A stretch of 62,302 nucleotides of DNA, filler included, from Candidatus Woesearchaeota archaeon (GTDB lineage Archaea; Nanobdellota; Nanobdellia; Woesearchaeales; WJIZ01): NCBI GenBank assembly GCA_018221205.1. It is 9 parts of 9 records of this genome, joined end to end, with 100 filler letters (N's around TTAATTAATTAA, not from the genome) between each part and the next. Parts side by side here need not be neighbours in the genome. Positions count along the whole stretch, not along the records: positions 8,918 to 16,923 come from JAAOYF010000004.1; positions 17,024 to 20,436 come from JAAOYF010000039.1; positions 20,537 to 28,561 come from JAAOYF010000040.1; 6 more parts are not named here. One strand, given 5' to 3'. The notes under the pieces were generated by a model. That model was not told the DNA's origin. It did not search any database and saw only the letters and a list, made by a program, of their open reading frames with translations. Shown in pieces: positions 11,920 to 21,037 of the stretch (position 1 is the stretch's first letter; the number at the start of each line of letters is the position of its first letter). Both the position numbers and the translations under genes were made by a program.

Positions 11920-12633
11920 ATGATTAAAGGTATTCTCCAAGAACTTCAGCATTTCATCGGGAAGATCTCTGATAATGAGCTGGAGGAGAATAAAGACAGC
12001 CTGACTGATTTCTCTTCAAAGAAAAAGGCCTATTATGTCAGCCTGTACAATGCGAAAGTAGCTGACTTCCTGATGCAGCTGCGGAATGTGCAAAATGCGG
12101 AGAATTCTAAGGTAGTCATCGAGATGATGCCCCTGGCAGAAGAGCTTGCCCAGGAAAAGAATAGGGAGAGGATCACCGATCTCCTGGCGAGCTTAATTGA
12201 TTTTGAGAGAAAACTCGTGTATAAGAAAGAAGAAAAAGGCCTTTCTTTCAAGATCCCAAAAGTCAGTGCTGAAATCTATGACGAAATGAGACTTGATGTC
12301 AAGGAATTGGAGAAATGCTTCAATACTGGTTGTTTTCGGGCTGCCATCATCCTCTGCGGGCGGTTATTGGAGACGGCTTTGCATCGGAAGTATTTTGAAG
12401 CCACTGATCAAGACCTTCTGGAGAAAGCTCCAGGTATAGGGTTAGGGAACTTGATTGCGAAGATGAAGGATAAGGGTATTCCATTGGAGCCTGCATTGAG
12501 CCAACAAATCCATCTGATCAATCAAGTGCGCATCTATTCTGTGCACACCAAAAAACAATCATTCAATCCGACAAAAGAGCAAACACATGCCATCATTCTC
12601 TACACCTTAGAAGCGATCAGGAAATTATTTTAA
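11920..12633 (+). CDS. DUF4145/HEPN-like domain protein
   Basis: C-terminal AAIILCGRLLE...LGNLI...INQVRIYSVH (R-x4-H) pattern. Confidence 0.65.
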   Translation: MIKGILQELQHFIGKISDNELEENKDSLTDFSSKKKAYYVSLYNAKVADFLMQLRNVQNAENSKVVIEMMPLAEELAQEKNRERITDLLASLIDFERKLVYKKEEKGLSFKIPKVSAEIYDEMRLDVKELEKCFNTGCFRAAIILCGRLLETALHRKYFEATDQDLLEKAPGIGLGNLIAKMKDKGIPLEPALSQQIHLINQVRIYSVHTKKQSFNPTKEQTHAIILYTLEAIRKLF

Positions 12634-13149
12634 GTCGTCAAAGAGCCTGCTTTTCTCGAGATTCTTCAGCTTTTTATCTAACTTTTTTGCTTTCTTGTAA
12701 TTCTCCATCGCCTCGAGGTCTTTTCCGATCAGCTGGAGCATATAGCCTCTATAATACCATAATTGGGCATTCTCTGAATCGATGATGATGCCTGCCTCGA
12801 ATGCCTTCAACGCATAGTGGAGATATGTTTTTGCAGTGAAGAATTTGAGGAAGAATTCCCTTACTTTGTTCTCCTTGTGGAAATAATAATACGTGAGGCC
12901 CAGGTCTAAGTGGATCTTTGAATAATTCGGGTTATATTTTAGTGCTTTTTTGAACTCTTTGATGCTCCTCGAGAGCCTTGCTAATTTAGCATGACATAAA
13001 GCAGAGAAATGATGTACCAGACTTTCATCGTAATTTCCCAGCAAATCAATCTCCATCTTTGAGAACTCACTGAGGGCAGCACGGTATTTTCCTTTCTTAT
13101 AGAGCCCTTTGCCCTTGTCAAAAAGCTTGATGCACTTTTCCTTGTTCAT
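12625..13149 (-). CDS. TPR-repeat protein
   Basis: TPR consensus segments, e.g. FKKALKYNPNYSKIHLDLGLTY and WYYRGYMLQLIGK..EAMENYKKA. Confidence 0.8.
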   Translation of the reverse strand: MNKEKCIKLFDKGKGLYKKGKYRAALSEFSKMEIDLLGNYDESLVHHFSALCHAKLARLSRSIKEFKKALKYNPNYSKIHLDLGLTYYYFHKENKVREFFLKFFTAKTYLHYALKAFEAGIIIDSENAQLWYYRGYMLQLIGKDLEAMENYKKAKKLDKKLKNLEKSRLFDDLK

Positions 13150-15671
13150 TTAAGCTTCTCTTTCATCTGCTCTAATTCGTCTTTGAAGCGTTTCAGCGTA
13201 TTGAGAATATGCTCTTTCTGGGTATTCAATATCTCAGCTGTCTTCACTAAGATATCTCCTTCATATTTTTCGATTTTTTTCAGCTCAAGTTCTGCCAACT
13301 CAATGACCTTATTCTTTTTGAGGGCTTTTTTAGCTGATTTCCATTTCTTAAACAGTTCTTCTGCCCTTGCAGGCACCTCTCCAATAGCTACTTCCAGTAA
13401 TTTAGCAGCCTCTTTGAGGATAGTATCGACAACTTGAGCGCCTTTATCAGAGGCTTTTCCTGCTGTGAAGGTTATCCTTACCACACCGTCCTGGACTTTA
13501 TTTGTCTTGATCACCCTTATGGTGCCGACTTCACTGGTGTTATTGAGATGAGTGCCGCCGCATGCTTCGACGTCAATGCCTTCGATATCGACTATCCTCA
13601 CACTTTTTCCCGGGACTGCGCCTCCCTGATAAAGGCGCATGCCATATCTTTTCTCAGCTTCTGTCCTTGGGAGGAAGAATTTCTTTACTGTGATATGTTT
13701 CTTTACTATATCATTTGCTCTGTTCTCTATCTTCTTCGTCTCTTCCTGAGAGATATTCCCATAATGCGTTATGTCCAAATGTGCCTTGTCGCCAGCTTTC
13801 TTTGCGCTAGCTTGATTGATATGATTTCCTAAGATCTCTTTAGCAGCTGCATTGATGATATGGGTTGCTGTGTGGTGCTGTGCTAATTGTTTTCGATATT
13901 CCTCATCAATCTGCACTTCGATGACATCTCCTACCTTGCATTTCGGCCTTTCTTTCAAGCGATGGACAATGATATTGCCTTGTTTGAAGATGTCAGCAAC
14001 CTCCTGGTCATCCAAGAATGCCCTATCATGCAACTGTCCGCCAGAGGTTGGATAAGCCACTGTCTTATCGACGATGACATCGTTATCAATGACTTCGATA
14101 ACCTTTGCTTTGTTGCTCAATTTGAGATAATCTCCATAGTATAATGCTTCTGTCTCAGGCAATCCTTCTAAGTTAATCTTCTCTTCTTTTACTGTTGCAT
14201 GCTTCTGCTCTTCCTGTTCATGCCTTTCAGCCACCATCGCATAGAAATTATCAGGAATGGTGACTTTTTTATTGTTCTTTTCTGCTTCCTGCTTGATTAT
14301 TTCCGGGGAAATTCCTTGTGAATCATATAATTCGAGCAATTTGTCACTTGTTATCTTCTTATCTGCAAGCCTTGAGACAATTTGAGCGGTCTTCTGCTTT
14401 GTGGCTTTGTATTTCTGCTTCTCGACATCTAGGATTTTCTTGACATTCTCAAGATTCTCTGATAGCTCTGGAAATAAAGGTCTTAAATAGGAGGCATGCC
14501 AGTCGCAAAGATCGTTCATATTGACTTTCCATTGATATCTGTCCAGCATGGAGAGTGCTCTTCTTAGAATCACCCTTAAATTATAGCCTCCACCGACATT
14601 TGAAGGAAGAGCGCCGTCTGACAATGCCACTAACAATGAACGGGCATGCTCGGCGACTGAGAATAATGAGGATAAAGGCAAGATGGTATCTTGAAGCTGT
14701 TTCTGGTCGACAGATAATCTTTTGGCAATGTCTTTCCATACTTTGTTTATGTCTTCGACTTCATCCATATTAAGATAAGAAGAATAAGGTAAAAAACGCT
14801 GGACGAGATCATTATCCACTTTTATGCCTGTCAGCTCAAACATCTTCTTAGAAACAGTAGGAAAGGTCGTTTCATAGCTTGTTGAAGCTCCTTTGGTGAA
14901 CCAGGCATTGCGTTCGTGGCCCATGCCCATATCCAATACCTTGAGATTGAGCTCTTTATTGCCTTTGGGAGTCTGTTCATACATCATATAGACCTGATTT
15001 CCTAGTTCTAGGCCGCGAGAGAAGAATTCCATGCATGGTCCGAAATTACCGCCGCCAGCCCAGGCGTCTTCATGATAGGTTATCTCTTTGTTAGGGAGGC
15101 CTAATCCTATCTTCAGCCAGTTATGGATATCGGTGAAATATTTGTTCTGGTCCCATCTCTCTTTGGTATCAAAAGCGTGCTGACCGATCATGACAAAACC
15201 AGTATAATGCGCTCCGGTAATGCCGACATTATCGATGTCGTTGAATCTTAATGAGAATTGAGGAACAACCAAAGGATTGGCTGGAGGCTCTACTTCTCCG
15301 CTTACAACATAAGGCTGGAAGTCATAGATAGATGCCTGGACAAAATCGGCATCGTCACGCCATCTTGCTACTACTGGATATCTCGGAATAGGAGTATAGC
15401 CTCGATCTTTGAAGAGCTTGGCGAATTGCTTCCATACCTGGATATAATCCATCTCTTTTCTTGCCGGGCTTTTTCCGAAGAATTGAAAACCGCCTGAGCA
15501 TGCTGGATCGCCGCAGTTTTTTTGATCTTCATTGATAGTCCAGAAGAATGTTCCACAATTACATTGCTTTCTCTGGAAGCCTTCTGCTTCTAGTACTGAA
15601 ACAGCATAGTACTTCTTATAGTTCTTCGAGGCTTCTTTCTTGAATGTCTTCTTGATGTCTTTATCGGCCAT
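13146..15671 (-). CDS. alaS: Alanine--tRNA ligase
   Basis: RYPVVARWR, ASIYDFQP, RFNDIDNVG, WAGGGNFGP, DMGMGHER; editing motifs HTATH and ACGGTH. Confidence 0.97.
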   Translation of the reverse strand: MADKDIKKTFKKEASKNYKKYYAVSVLEAEGFQRKQCNCGTFFWTINEDQKNCGDPACSGGFQFFGKSPARKEMDYIQVWKQFAKLFKDRGYTPIPRYPVVARWRDDADFVQASIYDFQPYVVSGEVEPPANPLVVPQFSLRFNDIDNVGITGAHYTGFVMIGQHAFDTKERWDQNKYFTDIHNWLKIGLGLPNKEITYHEDAWAGGGNFGPCMEFFSRGLELGNQVYMMYEQTPKGNKELNLKVLDMGMGHERNAWFTKGASTSYETTFPTVSKKMFELTGIKVDNDLVQRFLPYSSYLNMDEVEDINKVWKDIAKRLSVDQKQLQDTILPLSSLFSVAEHARSLLVALSDGALPSNVGGGYNLRVILRRALSMLDRYQWKVNMNDLCDWHASYLRPLFPELSENLENVKKILDVEKQKYKATKQKTAQIVSRLADKKITSDKLLELYDSQGISPEIIKQEAEKNNKKVTIPDNFYAMVAERHEQEEQKHATVKEEKINLEGLPETEALYYGDYLKLSNKAKVIEVIDNDVIVDKTVAYPTSGGQLHDRAFLDDQEVADIFKQGNIIVHRLKERPKCKVGDVIEVQIDEEYRKQLAQHHTATHIINAAAKEILGNHINQASAKKAGDKAHLDITHYGNISQEETKKIENRANDIVKKHITVKKFFLPRTEAEKRYGMRLYQGGAVPGKSVRIVDIEGIDVEACGGTHLNNTSEVGTIRVIKTNKVQDGVVRITFTAGKASDKGAQVVDTILKEAAKLLEVAIGEVPARAEELFKKWKSAKKALKKNKVIELAELELKKIEKYEGDILVKTAEILNTQKEHILNTLKRFKDELEQMKEKLK

Positions 15672-15728
15672 GGATTATCACAGAATTATGCCTGATTTAA
15701 ATGTTTTGCTTGAGGTCTTTCAAAGATG

Positions 15729-15843
15729 TCAGGAATCAAAGATTCCTGAGCATGCCAGAAATGCAGGGCATTTCTAAGCACCTCGGAGAAGAGCACAACG
15801 GAGTATTTCGCTACGCTCAATACCCCAAGGCTTCGCGAAGTCC
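15729..15843. repeat. Cluster of short hairpins, member of a dispersed REP-like family
   Basis: TCAGGAATC-AAA-GATTCCTGA; AGAAATGC-AGG-GCATTTCT; TCGCTACGCTC; GGCTTCGCGAAGTCC. Confidence 0.55.
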
Positions 15844-15869
15844 CCTAAATCAACATTTATGGTGGCCTG

Positions 15870-15989
15870 CTAGATCTCTCTTTTCTTGGTGTCTTTCACT
15901 TTCTTTTCTGATAAAGGTATGTCTGAGTCTTCGTGGATATCTGCTGAATCCTCAAGATTTTTTTTGATCCTTTTCTTCAAATCATCCAT
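15870..15989 (-). CDS. Possible 39-aa charged microprotein (MDDLKKRIKKNLEDSAD...)
   Basis: ATG overlaps the end of the HD gene, suggesting coupling; no recognisable motif. Confidence 0.3.
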   Translation of the reverse strand: MDDLKKRIKKNLEDSADIHEDSDIPLSEKKVKDTKKREI

Positions 15990-16492
15990 GATTCCACCTC
16001 TTGTTTTAGCTTGATGAATTTGGGAAGATGTTCCTCTCCTAGCTCTTTCTTGTATCTTTCAAGCACTTCTTCGAATGTCCCTTCCCTGTCTCCGAAAATC
16101 AAATTATCGGCATGTGCTATGATCTTTTCCTCTTTTGTCTCTGGAATGAAATCCTGCTCTGGCAGAGGGAGTTTTTGGTCCTTGATATCTTCTTTAGATA
16201 TGCCAGCGCCGATATGCCTTTCTGCAATCCTTGCCAATGCTTCATCTAAGCCTTCTTTTCTTATGATCTCTGCGCCTTTGATGCCATGCTGGATGCTATG
16301 CGTCTCGAATCTTCCGATGTCGTGGAGGAGAGAGCCGATCCTTATGAGGTCCAAGTTGATGTCTTTGCATTTTTCTGCAATTCTTAATGCTGCCCTCTGG
16401 ACTGTCTTGACATGATCGAGAATTTTTTGGAACAGCTCTTCTGAGGGTGCATATTTTTTCAGCAGTGCTATAGCTTCTTGTTCTGATATCAT
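15977..16492 (-). CDS. HD-domain metal-dependent phosphohydrolase (HDIG type)
   Basis: LLHDIGR, HGIKGAEI, ERHIGAG, EEKIIAHADN. Confidence 0.9.
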   Translation of the reverse strand: MISEQEAIALLKKYAPSEELFQKILDHVKTVQRAALRIAEKCKDINLDLIRIGSLLHDIGRFETHSIQHGIKGAEIIRKEGLDEALARIAERHIGAGISKEDIKDQKLPLPEQDFIPETKEEKIIAHADNLIFGDREGTFEEVLERYKKELGEEHLPKFIKLKQEVESWMI

Positions 16493-16527
16493 AGATATCT
16501 TTAATGTATTGATTTATTTAAGAATTC

Positions 16528-16674
16528 CTATATGCTCTTGACAAGCTCTAGGGTGTCTCTTAGGATATCGATGCCCAACATATTCCTGAATTTGTAGCAG
16601 ATATTGACGAAGAGGATTAAAGCTATGAGTGTATAGAACTTGAACTTGACCTTTCTCCTTTGTCTCTTCTCCAT
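16528..16674 (-). CDS. 48-aa basic/hydrophobic membrane peptide
   Basis: MEKRQRRKVKFKFYTLIALILFVNICYKF...; preceded by a structured leader and TATA box. Confidence 0.45.
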   Translation of the reverse strand: MEKRQRRKVKFKFYTLIALILFVNICYKFRNMLGIDILRDTLELVKSI

Positions 16675-16682
16675 AATTATCA

Positions 16683-16791
16683 AGGGCAAGCTTACGCTTG
16701 CCCTCACCTCTTTTTCCCAGGCGGAAAAGAAGAATGAAAGGCTCCCGAGCTTTTTTGTGGGGGGTGGTTTAGAAAAAGGAGCGGGAGCCTT
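16683..16791 (-). promoter_or_regulatory. Structured 5' leader with three hairpins
   Basis: AGGGCAAGC-GTAA-GCTTGCCCT, TTTTCC/GGAAAA and AAGGCTCCCG/CGGGAGCCTT; GAGGTGA SD; TATA near 16832-16840. Confidence 0.5.
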
Positions 16792-17023
16792 GAGTATCAC
16801 CTTAGGATATGGTATGTATTAGTGAACTAGTATATAAATATTTCTATTCTCTAGACTAGTATAGGGTTTTGTATATTGATATTTTAATATCATAAAAAAG
16901 TATATAAAGATAAAAATTGATGANNNNNNNNNNNNNNNNNNNNNNNNNNNNNNNNNNNNNNNNNNNNTTAATTAATTAANNNNNNNNNNNNNNNNNNNNN
17001 NNNNNNNNNNNNNNNNNNNNNNN

Positions 17024-17761
17024 GGGGGTACTGCCTCTGGAAAGACATCTATGCTGAATGTCATCACAAATTTCTTCCCCCCTAATCAAAGGATCATAAG
17101 CATAGAAGACACGAGAGAGGTCCGGCTGCCCAAATTCCTCCATTGGGTCCCTCTATCGACAAGACAGCCCAATACTGAAGGCAAAGGAGGCATTTCAATG
17201 CTCGATCTCCTTGTCAACAGCTTGCGTATGCGCCCTGACAGGATCATCGTAGGTGAGATTAGAAGAAAAAAAGAGGCCCAGATCTTATTTGAAGCTATCC
17301 ATACCGGCCACTCTGTCTTCGCCACAGTCCACGCGAATAACACCAAAGAGACCATAACAAGGCTTACCTCTCCACCTATTGAGATCCCGAAATCAATGAT
17401 TCCTGCTATCTCACTGATGATCATCCAATATCGGAACAGGCGTACTGGCTTGAGAAGGACATTCCAGGTAGCAGAGATCCAAGAGGATGGGACCCCTAAT
17501 CTCTTGATGCAGTATAATGCCAACAGAGATGTCCTGATGCCGGTGAATCCATCTAAATCAGTCATGAACACGCTCGAGCTCTATACCGGCCAGAAAAGAA
17601 AGGAGATCGAGAAAGAGATCCATGAAAAAGAAAAGATATTGAAATGGCTTGTCAAGCACAACATCGTCGATGTCGACGCTGTAGGAAGGGTGATGGCCGA
17701 ATTCTACACCAAGAAAGACAATTTAATGAGATATGTGCATGCAGATAGGCCGTTGGGGTGA
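17024..17761 (+). CDS. Type IV pilus/secretion assembly ATPase (CpaF/FlaI family), 5'-partial
   Basis: GGTASGKT Walker A at the contig start, SIEDTRE, LRMRPDRIIVGEIR, TGH...TVHA. Confidence 0.93.
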   Translation, partial: GGTASGKTSMLNVITNFFPPNQRIISIEDTREVRLPKFLHWVPLSTRQPNTEGKGGISMLDLLVNSLRMRPDRIIVGEIRRKKEAQILFEAIHTGHSVFATVHANNTKETITRLTSPPIEIPKSMIPAISLMIIQYRNRRTGLRRTFQVAEIQEDGTPNLLMQYNANRDVLMPVNPSKSVMNTLELYTGQKRKEIEKEIHEKEKILKWLVKHNIVDVDAVGRVMAEFYTKKDNLMRYVHADRPLG

Positions 17762-18579
17762 TTAAGATTTTTGGTGCGTTCATCCAGAGAATAACAAAAC
17801 TATTTCCGAATATAGGTCTCAAGCTTCAGCAGGCAGGTATGCCTGATGCTCCTGAAGATTTCATCAAGAAGACGCTGATAGTAAGCCTCTATGGGACAGG
17901 AGGATTCCTCATGTTTCTTTGGCTTGTATTGGTCAAGCTTGGTTTTGGCAGCGCAGTGTTGATGATGTTCCCTGCAGTGTTCGGAATTGCATTTTTCTAT
18001 TTCCTTAAAGTGCCTGATTTTAAGATAATGAAGAACCTGCGCGATATTAATTCAGAGATTGTATTTGCAGGAAGGTTTCTGATTATCGAGCTGGAGTCTG
18101 GCGTTTCTTTATACAACGCTTTCCAGAATGTAGCGAAGAACTACAGGACAATCGGGAAATACTTCTCTGATATCGTAACGAGGATCGATTTAGGGACTCA
18201 GATGGAAGAAGCGCTGAATGAGACCATTGAGTCCACTCCCAGCCCCAGCTTCAGGAAGATCCTCTGGCAGATTGTCAATTCACAGCATACTGGTGCAGAC
18301 ATCTCTACCTCTTTGAAGAGCGTCGTCAATAATATCACCCGTGAACAGATGATCGAGATAAAGGAATATGGAAGAAAATTGAATCCGCTGGCGATGTTTT
18401 ATATGATCATAGCAGTCATACTCCCTTCTATCGGCATCACGATGTTTATTGTGCTCTCGACATTCCTCAATCTGACCTTGTCATTGTCCATCCTCCTCGT
18501 CATATCATTCTTCCTGGCATTCATCCAATTCATGTTCCTTGCAATGATCAAATCATCCCGGCCTTCAGTAGAACTATGA
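17758..18579 (+). CDS. Type II/IV secretion F-family (TadC-like) membrane platform protein
   Basis: Multiple TM helices, ELESGVSL...EEAL pattern; operonic with the ATPase. Confidence 0.88.
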   Translation: MIKIFGAFIQRITKLFPNIGLKLQQAGMPDAPEDFIKKTLIVSLYGTGGFLMFLWLVLVKLGFGSAVLMMFPAVFGIAFFYFLKVPDFKIMKNLRDINSEIVFAGRFLIIELESGVSLYNAFQNVAKNYRTIGKYFSDIVTRIDLGTQMEEALNETIESTPSPSFRKILWQIVNSQHTGADISTSLKSVVNNITREQMIEIKEYGRKLNPLAMFYMIIAVILPSIGITMFIVLSTFLNLTLSLSILLVISFFLAFIQFMFLAMIKSSRPSVEL

Positions 18580-19634
18580 AACTCAGAGAAAACATCCGGA
18601 AATTGACAAAAGGCTTTACGAAGAAGAAAAAGAAGAAAGCCAAGAGAAAGAAGCTTCCCCTCAAGAAGACGTACGCTCTTTTTGTCGAAAAGACTGGTCT
18701 TACTGTCCCGTTCGAAAAGGCAAATGAGATAATCTTCAAGAGTGCTGTCTTTATCACCTTACTCATCTCTGGATATATCCTCTTCAGGGCCTCTGTGACA
18801 GGAGACTATAGCCTCACGTATCTGATCGTCTCTACTGCTATCTTATGGACAATCATCTTTATGGGGATTGTACTTGCGCTCTGGCTGCTCTTCTATGTCC
18901 TGATGGACCTCAGAGTATATCAAAGGAGGATCGGTATAGAGAATGTTTTTCCAGATTTTCTGCAGCTCACCTCTGCAAATATCAGGGCAGGGATGCCTAT
19001 CGATCAGGCATTATGGCATGCCATAAGGCCTAACTTCGGTGTCCTAGCAAAAGAGATGGAAGACGTCGCAAAACAGACCATGTCTGGGACAGAGTTAGAA
19101 CTCGCTCTGGTGAAGTTCGCAGACAAATACGACTCTAAGTTATTGAGAAGGTCTATCAGCCTGCTCATTGAGGGATTGAATGCTGGAGGAGAGATAGGGG
19201 AACTTCTTGATAGGATCTCCACTAATCTACAGGAATCCAAGATGATGCAGAAGGAGATGTCTGCTTCAGTCACCACATATGCAATCTTCATCTCATTCGC
19301 CTCTTTAGTAGGTGCACCCTTCTTGCTCGCGCTCTCAAGTCAGCTCCTGGTCATTATTGGTAACATCATCTCCACTATCGACATTCCGACAACATCAAAT
19401 TCAGCTCTGGCGATAAGCTTCAGTTCTGTTGGTGTTCAGCCCTCTGACTTCAGGATCTTCGCCCTCACCACTCTTGGTTTGACTAATCTCCTATCAGCCT
19501 CCATCGTGGCTGTAATCAAAAAAGGCAATGTAAAGGCAGGTGCGAAGTATATCCCGATCTTCATCATAACATCGCTCATTCTCTTTTTATTATTGAACAA
19601 AGCCCTTTCAAGTCTCCTAGGAGGAGTATTTTAG
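18576..19634 (+). CDS. Type II/IV secretion F-family (TadC-like) membrane platform protein
   Basis: FPDFLQLTSANIRAGMPIDQAL, FGVLAKE, GLNAGGEIG motifs. Confidence 0.9.
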   Translation: MKLRENIRKLTKGFTKKKKKKAKRKKLPLKKTYALFVEKTGLTVPFEKANEIIFKSAVFITLLISGYILFRASVTGDYSLTYLIVSTAILWTIIFMGIVLALWLLFYVLMDLRVYQRRIGIENVFPDFLQLTSANIRAGMPIDQALWHAIRPNFGVLAKEMEDVAKQTMSGTELELALVKFADKYDSKLLRRSISLLIEGLNAGGEIGELLDRISTNLQESKMMQKEMSASVTTYAIFISFASLVGAPFLLALSSQLLVIIGNIISTIDIPTTSNSALAISFSSVGVQPSDFRIFALTTLGLTNLLSASIVAVIKKGNVKAGAKYIPIFIITSLILFLLLNKALSSLLGGVF

Positions 19635-19762
19635 CCATGTTACAAAAAACAGTACTAGTATACAAAAATGGTGTAAAATCGCAACATTTAAATAGTAGTA
19701 ATCCAAGAACTAACTAAATTAAACTATATTCGAACAATAAGAGAAAAAGAGGTGTACGCAAA

Positions 19763-20353
19763 ATGTTTAACAAAAAAGCACAAGCTGCCATGGAATTCTT
19801 GATGACCTATGGATGGGCCATCTTAGTCGTTCTGGTTGCTATCGGTGCATTGGCTTACTTTGGTGTATTATCACCAGACAAATTCTTACCAGAAAGATGT
19901 ACTGGAACAGCAGGACTTGACTGTGTTGACAAGGCTGTTATTGAAGACAATAGATTGCAAATCTCACTGAGAAACAACCTGGGATATACGATCAGAATTG
20001 ATATGGACACTGCTCCGACAGTAACGGATATTGGTGGTTGCGCGACTCCTACCGATGAGGAGTGGAACATAACCATTCCAAGAGGAGATAACGCAGGATG
20101 CTATTCGGGAACCTTGAATATACCACATGGTAGCTGTTCAACAGCAACCGGTCTCCCCTCCCCTTACGGTGTGACTACATTAAGGGGAACCGTGGCAAAC
20201 ATCAGCAACAATGAACCTTTCATTGTTACGGTAGGTTGTGATTCTACTATTGAAGGCCCGAGAGTCAAAGGTGATATCACCTTCAAATATACCAACAGAG
20301 AGACTGGGCTTACACACAACGCAGTAACATCAATTGCTGGTAGAACCAGTTAA
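19763..20353 (+). CDS. Archaeal type IV pilin with class III signal peptide
   Basis: KKAQ-AAMEFLMTYGWAILVVLVAIGALAYFGV; directly follows the pilus assembly genes. Confidence 0.88.
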   Translation: MFNKKAQAAMEFLMTYGWAILVVLVAIGALAYFGVLSPDKFLPERCTGTAGLDCVDKAVIEDNRLQISLRNNLGYTIRIDMDTAPTVTDIGGCATPTDEEWNITIPRGDNAGCYSGTLNIPHGSCSTATGLPSPYGVTTLRGTVANISNNEPFIVTVGCDSTIEGPRVKGDITFKYTNRETGLTHNAVTSIAGRTS

Positions 20354-20436
20354 TTTTTTTTCTTTCTCTTATTCTTTTACTATATTAATAGAATTCTATA
20401 TATCATTCAGGATGCATATGCTTGATAAGCTCCATA
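20354..20436. repeat. 83-bp contig-end overlap, reverse complement of 51881-51963
   Basis: Sequence match between two contig ends. Confidence 0.9.
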
Positions 20437-20536
20437 NNNNNNNNNNNNNNNNNNNNNNNNNNNNNNNNNNNNNNNNNNNNTTAATTAATTAANNNNNNNN
20501 NNNNNNNNNNNNNNNNNNNNNNNNNNNNNNNNNNNN

Positions 20537-21037
20537 AAAGCATTCGAGGATTTCAATAGGAAATACCCAGGAATCTTCCTCAAGCTTGCAAAGTTGATAG
20601 ATCGCACCTATGTAGGTATTCTCCTCAATGAATCATCAGCCAAGGCTGTCTTTGACAAGGCTTCAAAACTGAAAGGCCTTTCCCATATAGGCATACAGGG
20701 TTTTGAAGAGGCAGCAATAGAAGACTCCACAAGGTTTGCCCAGTTGGCAGATGCCATGACGAATCAAGTGTTTCTTACCTATACATCAGATATAGGGACA
20801 GAGACCATCGCAGTACGCTATAATGAGAAAGAAGCTAAAATGGAATTCCTCTATGATCTGAAATCAATAAAGAATCCCCTCACTCCACAATTCCAATTAT
20901 TGATACAGTACATGGGCCAACCTACTGATCCTAATATCAATATCATGGACACCTGCCACCAGGTCGGTTTCATCGACGTCTCAGACGAAGCACTCCATGA
21001 ATGGCAGGATGAATTCTTCCCCAAGATGTTAGAATGA
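20537..21037 (+). CDS. Hypothetical protein (5'-partial)
   Basis: Open frame from contig start to TGA at 21037. Confidence 0.6.
   Translation, partial: KAFEDFNRKYPGIFLKLAKLIDRTYVGILLNESSAKAVFDKASKLKGLSHIGIQGFEEAAIEDSTRFAQLADAMTNQVFLTYTSDIGTETIAVRYNEKEAKMEFLYDLKSIKNPLTPQFQLLIQYMGQPTDPNINIMDTCHQVGFIDVSDEALHEWQDEFFPKMLE

Noticed and set aside
15701..15967. 88-aa ORF between alaS and the HD gene
   Set aside because: Runs through the hairpin cluster on the strand opposite its neighbours and has no protein-like features.
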